From NCBI GenBank assembly GCA_025463215.1, contig JAOBWF010000234.1:1822-65821 (forward strand): a stretch of 64,000 nt of DNA, read 5' to 3'. Numbering within the stretch: the stretch's first letter is position 1; every line of letters begins with the position of its first letter. A program made the translations under genes and the position numbers. The notes beneath the pieces were generated by a model that had not been told where the DNA came from, made no database searches, and worked only from the letters and a program-made list of their open reading frames with translations. The stretch is from Acidobacteriota bacterium (lineage in GTDB: Bacteria > Acidobacteriota > Vicinamibacteria > Vicinamibacterales > CAVVIG01). Shown here piece by piece: positions 17,880-26,226 of this stretch.

Positions 17880-18287
17880 ATGCGTCGTCGTCAACCGAAG
17901 TCCGATCCGCTTGCTGATTGGCCCTGGACACTGCGTTGGCTCATTCAGGCCGCGAAGCAGGAGTGCCCGCGTGGTCACGCCAGCGCTCTCCGCGAGCTGA
18001 CGGCGCTCGCCCTGCACAAGGTGCCCTCGCGCGGCATCTTCGATCCGGCGGTACGTGGCGAGGAGGATCTGTTCGCCGCCATCGAGGCGGTCGCGAAAGC
18101 TCATCTCGAGCTCGGCGCGGCGCGCGTCGCCTGGCGGACCGCGTTGGACGGCGGTGACCTGAACCTGGAACAACGCGACGCCTTGGAGCAGGCGGCGCTG
18201 CAGGTGCAGAGCGTATCGGACACGGCGTATTTCTACGCGGGCCTCGCGTTTGGGCTCGCATTTGTCTATGTCCACCGGTCGACGTAG
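17880..18287 (+). CDS. Hypothetical protein, upstream of the sigma-54 activator gene
   Basis: ATG 17880 preceded by GAAGGAGGG (MRRRQPKSDPLADWPWTLRWLIQAAKQECPRGHASALRELTALAL...), with a hydrophobic C-terminus YFYAGLAFGLAFVYV. Divergent from the lasso operon. Confidence 0.5.
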   Translation: MRRRQPKSDPLADWPWTLRWLIQAAKQECPRGHASALRELTALALHKVPSRGIFDPAVRGEEDLFAAIEAVAKAHLELGAARVAWRTALDGGDLNLEQRDALEQAALQVQSVSDTAYFYAGLAFGLAFVYVHRST

Positions 18288-18369
18288 ACGGAAGACCGGG
18301 AAGGCGCAAGCCAAACGAGCGATGGCGCACGTGTGCGTTTCGACGGCGCGCAGCGTTCTAGACGTCAGC

Positions 18370-19581
18370 ATGGCCATCAAGGACACGCCGCGCGGATGGC
18401 CGCGCTCCGCGACCGTGGCGCCGACGCAACGTCTGTCCGACGCGCTGTCGCTCGTCCGCCGGCGCCGTTCGACTGACGGTGCGGACGTGCTGCTCGAGGA
18501 GTGCCTTGCGTTGCTCGACCAGGTCGCCGAACAGTCGCCGTTCACGCGTGTGACATCGTCTGTCGCGGAGGCCCGCTCACGCGCCGCGCCGGCCGCCGAC
18601 GACCCGCTTCCCGAGCTGGACGGCCATTCGGCGTTGATCGAGCAGCTGAAGGACGACATCGTGTGCGTGGCGCGCGATCCGTACGTGTCTGTGCTGGTTC
18701 GAGGGGAATCCGGAACCGGCAAGGAGCGGGTCGCACGAGCCATCCACCGGTTGTCTTCGCGCGCCGCCCATTCGTTCGTCGTCGTGAACTGAGCCGGTCT
18801 GACACAGACGCTGGCAGAAGACGAGCTGTTCGGGCACGAGCGCGGCGCGTTCACCGGCGCGGTGGCCGATCGGCCGGGGCCGTTCGAGCGCGCGAACGGC
18901 GGAACGGTGTTTCTCGACGAGATCGGCGAGCTGGCGTCCGATTCGCAAATGAAGTTGTTGCGCGCGCTTCAGCAGCGCACCGTTCAGCGGCTGGGCAGCG
19001 GGCAGGAGACGCCGTTCGATGTGCGGGTGATTGCGGCCACGAACGCGGACCTTGAATTGGCGCAGCGGCGCGGGCGGTTTCGCCAGGATTTATACTACCG
19101 CCTCAAAGTCTACGAGCTGCGTGTGCCGCCGCTGCGGCGTCGCGGCGAGAGTGATCTTCGTCAACTTGCCGGGGCGATTCTGGAGCATCTCGCGGCCCGG
19201 CGGCACCGTCCGCCGGCGATCCTCGCGCCGGCCGTATGGGATGCGTTCGCACGGTACACGTGGCCGGGCAATGTCCGCGAGCTCGAGAACACACTCGAAC
19301 GGATGATCGTCGCCGCGGCAGACGACACGCTGTTGACGCGGGCGCATATGCCCGGCGAGCTCCGCGCGATGGCCGAGCGGATGCAGGGTTCGATCGACGG
19401 AGGGGCGAATGACGCGACGAGTCCGCTGCCCTCACCCGCCGAGGCGCGCGCGATCCTTCAACGGCACGATCTCAACCACGGACGAGCCGCCGCCGAGCTC
19501 GGTATATCGAGGCACCAGCTGTATCGGCTTCTCAAGCGCCGCGAGGTCGTCGACTCGGCTGCCGGCCGAGTGCCGGCTTGA
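18370..19581 (+). CDS. Sigma-54-dependent transcriptional activator (bEBP, no receiver domain) interrupted by one in-frame TGA at 18790-18792
   Basis: Walker A VLVRGESGTGKE, then ...[32 protein letters not shown] (GAFTGA), FLDEIGEL (Walker B), RVIAATN and a Fis-type HTH (AAAELGISRHQLYRLLKRR). Track ORFs 18250-18792 and 18862-19581 are in the same frame. The start is uncertain (18322 or 18370). Confidence 0.7.
18793..18815 (+). other. Stem-loop immediately 3' of the in-frame TGA of the activator gene
   Basis: GCC-G-GUCUG-ACA-CAGAC-GCU-GGC. The apical loop is ACA with no GU, so it is the weakest of the four SECIS-like candidates. Confidence 0.25.
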
Positions 19582-20290
19582 CGCGGGAATGATCGGCGGC
19601 CCTCGGCTCCTGACTGCGGCGGCGAACCGCGCGTACGACCGGCGTTCGCCGGGGCTCCCCGGCGCCGGTGATCGTCGTCGCGCCGCCCTCTTCCCGGTCG
19701 CCGCCCGCCGCTCCGTCCTGCGCCCACGCCCGCAGCCGCGCCAGCCCGCGGTAGTAATAGTGTCGCGCGCACCCCACAGAAACGGAGAGCCGCTTCGCGA
19801 CGTCCTGCATGCTGACTTCTTCGAAGCAGGCCAGTTCCAGGGTCGCTCGCTGCGGCGCGGTCAACTGTGCCAGGCCGCGTCGGATGAACCAGCGGCACTC
19901 CTGGTCCGTCAATGCCCGCGGCCGTCCACCAGCGGCCGGGTCGACGCTCTCAAGCGGCTCGCCGCGGTAGGCTGCGCGCCGGCGAAGCACGTTCTTGCGC
20001 TGCACGCTGCGCCGATAGGCGTATTGCAGCAGCCATACCCGAACCGCGCCACGCGCCGGATCGTAGAGGTGGGCCTTTCGATAGATTTCGAGGAAGACCT
20101 CCTGAGTCACGTCTTCGGCCTCCGCGTCGTCACGGAGAATGTCGGCGGCCACGCGATGGACCAGCCGGATGTACCGGCGGAACAGTGCCGCCAGCGCATC
20201 GCTTTCTGGCAGGTGCATTTCGGCGATCAGCACGGCGTCCGCTTTTTCGCCGGCGGCTCCGCGCCAGATCGTGTCGACAAAGCGTCTCAT
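19532..20290 (-). CDS. ECF-type RNA polymerase sigma factor
   Basis: Region 2 (DAEDVTQEVFLEIYRKAHLYDPARGAVRVWLLQYAYRRS) and region 4 (APQRATLELACFEEVSMQDVAKRLSVSVGCARHYYYRGLARLR). The 3' end overlaps the convergent activator gene by 50 nt. Confidence 0.8.
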   Translation of the reverse strand: MRRFVDTIWRGAAGEKADAVLIAEMHLPESDALAALFRRYIRLVHRVAADILRDDAEAEDVTQEVFLEIYRKAHLYDPARGAVRVWLLQYAYRRSVQRKNVLRRRAAYRGEPLESVDPAAGGRPRALTDQECRWFIRRGLAQLTAPQRATLELACFEEVSMQDVAKRLSVSVGCARHYYYRGLARLRAWAQDGAAGGDREEGGATTITGAGEPRRTPVVRAVRRRSQEPRAADHSRVKPALGRQPSRRPRGA

Positions 20291-20373
20291 CGTAGCGACC
20301 CTTAGGTGTTACCGTTTATCGACGTCCCTTATCGAAGCAGTGATGTCGATAGACGGTTCCAGCTTCGACGACT

Positions 20374-20790
20374 GTGAGATACACACGGCATGTGTCACGC
20401 CGCAAAGTAGCGAATGAAAAGCCCCCTCCGCGACCGGCCATCCTGCGCCCGCTCGGCAACCAGCTGCGTCGGTTGCGCCTCGAGCGAAAGCTGTCGCAGG
20501 AGCGCCTCGCCGAATTGGCGGGCTTGAACTATAAATACATCGGGCGGATCGAGCTGGCCAAGGCCGACCCCGGAGCAGACGTACTCGTCCGTCTTGCGCG
20601 TGCGCTGACGATCCCCGTCGGCGAGCTGTTCGCGACAATTACTCCCGGCGACCGCGGCCACCAGCTGTCGCCAGCCGACGTCGAAGCGCTGTCGTCAGCG
20701 CTGGGCGCTCTCACCGCCGTCGCGAATCGCATCGTCGCGCAGCAACCCCAGGCGCTGCCCTCGCGCGCGCCGCGCCGAACCCGGCGCTGA
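20374..20790 (+). CDS. XRE family HTH transcriptional regulator
   Basis: LGNQLRRLRLERKLSQERLAELAGLNYKYIGRIELAKADPGADVLVRLARALTIPVGELF. Exact start uncertain. Confidence 0.75.
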   Translation: MRYTRHVSRRKVANEKPPPRPAILRPLGNQLRRLRLERKLSQERLAELAGLNYKYIGRIELAKADPGADVLVRLARALTIPVGELFATITPGDRGHQLSPADVEALSSALGALTAVANRIVAQQPQALPSRAPRRTRR

Positions 20791-20920
20791 CCCGCAGGGC
20801 TCGCTATCGCCCTGAACGGCGACGACGATAACATCCGTCGATATCATTGTCAACGTTTGTAATACCTATAGGTGGTATCCGACGATGAAGAACGCGCGCG
20901 TCGGCCGGGCGCGTGCGCGC

Positions 20921-21286
20921 CTAGCCCGCGCGACGCCGCTTCGCACGAGCGATGATCTGCAGCGCTTCCTCGATGCACCGGAGCTCGTCATGCGTGATCA
21001 GGCACAGAGAGGTGCCGGCGGGTTCCCGGCGATTGGGAAACAGATCGACGACATCGACGGCGAGCCCGCTCGCGATCGAGGCGAGAACGTCGAGGCCGAC
21101 GTTCGTTTTGCCGCGCTCGACCTGTGAGATGTGCTTTTCCGTATTGCCCGCGCGCTCCGCCAGCTGTTCCTGACTCCAGCCGCGCTGAAGTCGCAGCTCC
21201 TTGACTCTTTTGGCCACGCGCAGCCGCACCGGCAGGTTCGCTCCCATCCGGCGGCAACTATCGGCCAACCGCGACGGGCTTACCAC
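20921..21286 (-). CDS. XRE family HTH transcriptional regulator
   Basis: VAKRVKELRLQRGWSQEQLAERAGNTEKHISQVERGKTNVGLDVLASIASGLAVDVVDLF. Same architecture as 20374-20790. Confidence 0.75.
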   Translation of the reverse strand: MVSPSRLADSCRRMGANLPVRLRVAKRVKELRLQRGWSQEQLAERAGNTEKHISQVERGKTNVGLDVLASIASGLAVDVVDLFPNRREPAGTSLCLITHDELRCIEEALQIIARAKRRRAG

Positions 21287-21288
21287 AA

Positions 21289-21329
21289 CGTATGAGTTCA
21301 GTTGTGGAGCCTAACTGAATCTATACGTC
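21289..21329. promoter_or_regulatory. Imperfect 15-bp-arm inverted repeat in the XRE/ECF divergent promoter region
   Basis: ACGTATGAGTTCAGT-N11-ACTGAATCTATACGT (12 of 15 positions complementary). A nested CCACAAC/GTTGTGG repeat lies at 21283-21307. Confidence 0.35.
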
Positions 21330-21332
21330 CTT

Positions 21333-21959
21333 GTGCCGCAGCGTAGGATGGCCGTCAAGGACGGTGTCGTGATGACGACGGCGTGTCGGGCCGACAGCAA
21401 CTCGACGACGACCTCGTCGTGGCGGCTGATCGACCGAGCGAGGATCGGCGATCGGACCGCGCTCGGCCGGCTGATCGCCCGGTGTCTTCCTGCGGTGACG
21501 CGCTGGGCGCGGCGCCGCCTGCCGCGGTGGGCGCGGACCGCGGCCGATACGACCGACTTCGTCCACGACGCCGTGCTCCGCACGCTGCGCCAGAGCGGCA
21601 CCCTCGATCTTCGCAGCCGCCGCGCGCTGGCGGGCTACCTGCGGCAGGCCGTTCAGAACCGCATCTACGACGAGCATCGGCGCATCGCCAGGCGCGGTGT
21701 TCATGACGCGCTGTCGGACGGCCTCGTCGGCCGGGATCCTTCACCGTTCGATCAGGTCATGGCGCTGGAACACGATGCCCGCTACCGCTCCGCGCTCATG
21801 CGACTCAATCCGCGCGACCGGGAATTGATCGTCGCGCACGTGGAGCTCGACTACACGCACGCGCAGCTCGGCTGCATGACGGGACGGTCGCCGAATGCGG
21901 CGCGGATGGCGCTGGAGCGCGCGGTCCGGCGGCTCGCGGCGCTGATGCGCGATGCCTGA
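21333..21959 (+). CDS. ECF-type sigma factor (kinase-associated type)
   Basis: Region 2 (DTTDFVHDAVLRTLR...YLRQAVQNRIYDEHRR) and region 4 (LNPRDRELIVAHVELDYTHAQLGCMTGRSPNAARMALERAVRRL). Overlaps the start of the downstream Ser/Thr kinase gene by 8 nt. An internal start is possible. Confidence 0.75.
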   Translation: MPQRRMAVKDGVVMTTACRADSNSTTTSSWRLIDRARIGDRTALGRLIARCLPAVTRWARRRLPRWARTAADTTDFVHDAVLRTLRQSGTLDLRSRRALAGYLRQAVQNRIYDEHRRIARRGVHDALSDGLVGRDPSPFDQVMALEHDARYRSALMRLNPRDRELIVAHVELDYTHAQLGCMTGRSPNAARMALERAVRRLAALMRDA

Positions 21960-24465
21960 CCCGCCGCGTCTTCTTGCGGAGGCGACCGCCGCATTCGTCG
22001 ATCGGACGCCGATTGATTGGTCCGCGCTGCTGTCTCGCGTGCGCACATCACCTGACCGGGCGCTGTTCGAAAACCTGTACGCGCTGTCGGCCGTACGCCG
22101 GCAGTCGCACGCCGCGCCTGGCGAGGGACGCGCCTCAGCGGCCGCATGGGCCGTCGTCGGGCTCAGTTCAGCCGAAACAGCGATCCTGCTCGTGCTCGTC
22201 GCCGGCGCACTGGTCGGCGGCGAATCCGTTGCCGACCGGAGGCCGCAGCTGGTGCTGGCGTTGGCCTTCACGCTGTCGAGTGTGCCGCTGGGCATCGCGA
22301 CCTTCCGCGACCCCCGCAGCCTGTTCCTGCTGGCAACATTCACCGCGATCGCGAGCATCTTCGCACGCAGCACGGTCGCGGGGCTGTCCGCGGCATGGTC
22401 GGGGCCGGTCGACGAACTGCTGCGGGGCGTCTGGATCGACGCGCTGGTACCCGCGTGCCTGTGGCAGTTCGCCTTGGGGTTTCCGCGCGTGCCGCGGTTC
22501 GCGCGGTTCGATCGATTCGCGAGGCCGGCAGTCGCGGCGTCCTGGATCGGCGGCGGGGTGCTGTTCTCGCTCAACATCGCGGCCAGCCGCCTCGGGATCG
22601 AAGCGGGCCCGCTCGCCTACGTCTCACCCCGTCATTCGAGCGAGCTCTTTTGGCGGCTGTTCTCCCTGTCGTTGGCTGGCGCGGCGACGGCCATCCTGAT
22701 GCGCGCGCGCCGTGCGCCGCCGTGCGAGCGCCGTAAGGTCGCGCGGCTGGCGCTGGCGATCGGCGCTGGCCTCGGCCCGTTTCTCGTGCTGAGCATCGCG
22801 CGAAGCGCGGTGCCCGCGGTTGGGCACTGGTTCCGAACCCCCGGTGCCAGCGGCGCCCACTGGGTGTATGGGCTGGTCGTCACCGCCCTTGCGGCGACAC
22901 CCGTCATGAGCACCGCCGCGATCCTCGTCGATCGGCCGTTCGACCGCCAGGTGTTCTTGGGGCGGCACAGGCGGTGGCTCGGCAACGTCGCGTTCCGGCT
23001 CTCGTGCCGGGCCGCGCAGCGTCACCGTCCCCTCGTCCGCGCCCTGGAGCGACTGTCTCGTGCGCGCGGAACGCGCGAGATGATCGCGGTGCTGTCGCGC
23101 GAGCTTGGTGAACTGGTTGGCGCGGAGACCGTCCGCATCTTGCCGTCGCAGCGCAACGGCAGCTCTGTCCACTGGTCGAACGCCACCGCGTGCGTGCACC
23201 CGGACGGCGGCCTCGCTGCGCTACTGCGTCAGGCGGCGGAGCCGCTCGACGTGTCGCCGGCCAGCGAGCTCGCGGCGCTCCTGCCGCGAGACGATCGTGA
23301 CTGGATTGCGGCGCACGCGGTCCATTTGATCGCGCCGTTGAACGGGCGTGACGGCGGGATGGCGGCGATCGTCACGATTGGGCCGAAGACCAGCGGCGCG
23401 ACGTTCGATCGCCGCGACCGATGGTTGACGCTGGCGCTCCTCGCGGCGGCGGCAGCGACCTTCGAGGGAGACGGCGGTAGCGGCGACTCGTCGGCCGATC
23501 CGGCGCGAGGCGCGATCGGCGGCGTCGCGTTCAACGAAGCGGCCCTCGAATGCCCGGCCTGCGGCGTAGTCGCGGCGTTACCGCCGTTGCCCTGCGGCTG
23601 CGCGCGTGCAGCGACACTGGCGGCGCTTCCGTCCTGGGTCACGGACAAGTTTCGCGTCCAGCGGCGCATTGGTTCGGGCGGTATGGGCGTAGTCTATCTC
23701 GCGCACGACGTCGCGTTGGCGCGCGACGTCGCCCTGAAGACGCTGCCGAGCCTGCGGCCGCGCGCCGTCGAACGCTTGCGTGAAGAAGCGCGCGCGATGG
23801 CCGCGCTCAACCACGAGTCGCTCGCCACCCTCTACGGCCTGGAGATCTGGCGCGGCACGCCGGTCCTCGTCGTCGAGTACTTGCCGAATGGAACGCTCGC
23901 CACCCGGTTGTCGCGCGGTCCGCTCTCGTGTGCAGATGCGGTGGCCCTCGGCATTCGTCTGGCGCGCGCGCTGGTGTACATGCATGCCAGAGCGGTGCAG
24001 CATCGAGATCTGAAGCCGAGCAATATCGCGTTCACCGCCTCGGGCGGCGCGAAGCTCCTGGATTTCGGCCTGGCGACGCTGTCGTCACCGCCGGATACCG
24101 ACGAGGAGGCTGCCGACTGTCGCGGCGGACTGACCGGCGAGCCGCTCGTCGGGACGCGCGGTTATGCGCCGCCGGAGGCATTCCGCGGCGTGCCGCCCTC
24201 ACCGACCAGCGATCGATGGGCGCTGGCGGTCGTCATCCTGGAGGCCGCGTCCGGCGTCAATCCATTCGCATCGGCGCATCCGTGGGCGACGCGGCGGAGA
24301 GCAACGCGGCTCGATCTGACGGACGTGTGCCCGGCGGCCGTCCGCGCCGTTCCTGAACTGCACGAATTTCTGACGCGCGCGCTGGCGGCGTCGCCGGAAC
24401 ACAGGTTCCGCACGACCGATGACTTGCTCGCGGCGTTGGAGCACATCTCTGTTCCCGGGGCGTGA
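21952..24465 (+). CDS. Membrane-anchored Ser/Thr protein kinase with large N-terminal sensor region
   Basis: N-terminal multi-TM region, Cys-rich CPACGVVAALPPLPCGC, then a Hanks kinase: FRVQRRIGSGGMGVVYLAHD...VALKTL...HRDLKPSNIAF...DFGLA...GTRGYAPPE. Confidence 0.8.
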   Translation: MPDPPRLLAEATAAFVDRTPIDWSALLSRVRTSPDRALFENLYALSAVRRQSHAAPGEGRASAAAWAVVGLSSAETAILLVLVAGALVGGESVADRRPQLVLALAFTLSSVPLGIATFRDPRSLFLLATFTAIASIFARSTVAGLSAAWSGPVDELLRGVWIDALVPACLWQFALGFPRVPRFARFDRFARPAVAASWIGGGVLFSLNIAASRLGIEAGPLAYVSPRHSSELFWRLFSLSLAGAATAILMRARRAPPCERRKVARLALAIGAGLGPFLVLSIARSAVPAVGHWFRTPGASGAHWVYGLVVTALAATPVMSTAAILVDRPFDRQVFLGRHRRWLGNVAFRLSCRAAQRHRPLVRALERLSRARGTREMIAVLSRELGELVGAETVRILPSQRNGSSVHWSNATACVHPDGGLAALLRQAAEPLDVSPASELAALLPRDDRDWIAAHAVHLIAPLNGRDGGMAAIVTIGPKTSGATFDRRDRWLTLALLAAAAATFEGDGGSGDSSADPARGAIGGVAFNEAALECPACGVVAALPPLPCGCARAATLAALPSWVTDKFRVQRRIGSGGMGVVYLAHDVALARDVALKTLPSLRPRAVERLREEARAMAALNHESLATLYGLEIWRGTPVLVVEYLPNGTLATRLSRGPLSCADAVALGIRLARALVYMHARAVQHRDLKPSNIAFTASGGAKLLDFGLATLSSPPDTDEEAADCRGGLTGEPLVGTRGYAPPEAFRGVPPSPTSDRWALAVVILEAASGVNPFASAHPWATRRRATRLDLTDVCPAAVRAVPELHEFLTRALAASPEHRFRTTDDLLAALEHISVPGA

Positions 24466-24797
24466 CCGTAGGGGCCTCATCTGATGCCATTCTCAAACGA
24501 ACGGCGAAGAACGGCCGCTGATGCCGGCCGAACTGTGACTGGTACGTGCGTCGACATTCAGACACCAGGACGGCGCCATTCTGACCAATCCGCCGCCCGT
24601 TGGTCGTCGACGCGTCAAGCGGTTTTATGAAGGCGAAGATGCGCCTCTGCTACACGCCGATCGTGCCGCTCGAGACGGAAGGAGACGCTCGCGCCGTGCC
24701 GTTCGAAATCGGCCGCGCCTGCGTGACGTGACGCGAAGAGTCAGCCGAGCGGTTCGAACACGCGCCCCGCTCTGCTGAACCCTTCGCAACCCGCAGG

Positions 24798-25988
24798 TTA
24801 CGGCCGTAACTCGAACGCCCGACGATTGACCCAGAGCCGCACGAACCCGTTTCCCTGATTCGCGATGAGAATGTCCGGCCGGCCATCCTCATCGAAATCG
24901 CCTGTTGCTAACGAGCGCGGATTGGTGACGCTGACGCCGGTGAAGCGTCCCTGGCCAAAATCAATGCCTGTAAGCGCCTCGATTCCTGGAAGGGCCACGA
25001 CGCTGTTGTTTGCGTAGGAAGCCACGGCGAAATCGTCCAACCCGTCGCCGTTGAAATCGGCCGACGCCACGTCACGGGGTGAGCTGCCCACGATGATGTC
25101 GCGGCGATCGGTGAAGAGGGCCGCAGCCTCATCGTCCTCCGACGCCGGATTCCAGAAATAGCACGTCAGCGAATTGCTTTGCGTGTTGACCACAACCAGA
25201 TCCGGATGGCCGTCGTGATTCAGATCCTTGACGATCACGTTGCGGGGCGACGAGCCCACGGGGAACGACGAGCCCAGGTAGGTCGGATCGGACTTCGCGA
25301 AGGGCTCCAGCACCCAGACGCGGTTGGTCAGCGCGTTGGTCACGATCAGATCGAGTTGGCCCCTATTGTCGATGTGGGCCACGGCGAGTCCGTGAGCGCC
25401 TCGCCCGACGCTCTGGGCCTCGCGTGTGGATGCCCAGTGCAGGCCCGTGCCATCACCGGACATGATCGCGACGGTTCCGCGCTCGTACAGGGTCACGAGG
25501 ATGTCGTTGTTCCCATCCCGATTGGCGTCGGCGATGACAACCTGGCGCGGGCTCGCTGGCGCGTCGAACACGATGTCCGGCAGGCGCGCGAAGCCGGCCG
25601 CGTGCCACGTGAAGATCGCGATCCGATCGATATCGGCAAGCGCGACCGCCAGATCCGGATGTCCGTCGTGGTTCAAGTCCCCCGCCGCGATTGAAAATGG
25701 ACCGGCGCCAGGCTGATTGAGCGCGATGTTGATTGGCCGGCCGAAGGACCCATGGCCATCGCCGAACCAGATGACGACGTCGTGCGAAGGCTGGCCGATG
25801 CCGGCAACGGCGAAGTCGAGATGGCCGTCGAGATCGAAGTCCGCGGCCACGATTCCGCGCGGCTCGCTGTGGGTGCTGACCGAGGCCGTTTCGACGAAAT
25901 CGAACGGGACGACGGTTAACGGCTGAGCCGACGCAAACGCAGCTCCGACGAGGCATGCGACGATCGTCGCGACGGCGATTTTCTTCAT
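24798..25988 (-). CDS. Secreted FG-GAP/VCBS repeat protein
   Basis: Signal peptide MKKIAVATIVACLVGAAFASA and repeated DxDxDG motifs (DFDLDGHLDFAVAG, DLNHDGHPDLAVA, DANRDGNNDILVT, DFNGDGLDDFAVA, DFDEDGRPDILIA). Confidence 0.85.
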   Translation of the reverse strand: MKKIAVATIVACLVGAAFASAQPLTVVPFDFVETASVSTHSEPRGIVAADFDLDGHLDFAVAGIGQPSHDVVIWFGDGHGSFGRPINIALNQPGAGPFSIAAGDLNHDGHPDLAVALADIDRIAIFTWHAAGFARLPDIVFDAPASPRQVVIADANRDGNNDILVTLYERGTVAIMSGDGTGLHWASTREAQSVGRGAHGLAVAHIDNRGQLDLIVTNALTNRVWVLEPFAKSDPTYLGSSFPVGSSPRNVIVKDLNHDGHPDLVVVNTQSNSLTCYFWNPASEDDEAAALFTDRRDIIVGSSPRDVASADFNGDGLDDFAVASYANNSVVALPGIEALTGIDFGQGRFTGVSVTNPRSLATGDFDEDGRPDILIANQGNGFVRLWVNRRAFELRP

Positions 25989-26226
25989 TGTGGAATCCTC
26001 ACCGGCCGAAAGGTAAACGTGTGACCATCATGCACGAGATCGCCTCGCGCTGGAGGGCCGTGTTCAAGTCTCACGCCATCAGTGCGCTTCCGAAGCACGC
26101 CTCGATGCTCCTTCCCACGCGTCCTGTTACGCCGTGCCGGCGAACGAATCTCTCGCGGCAGCCTGAGCGAAGCGATCACCGCAGCGTGGAGAGGCGATGC
26201 ACACGAGTGCTAGCATGTGCCCTGTC

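Noticed and set aside
24626-24730. Small ORF MKAKMRLCYTPIVPLETEGDARAVPFEIGRACVT ending at TGA, in the 330-bp gap after the kinase gene.
   Set aside because: It has no RBS and no recognisable family, and nothing meaningful continues after the TGA. Not enough evidence to call a gene or a fifth recoding site.
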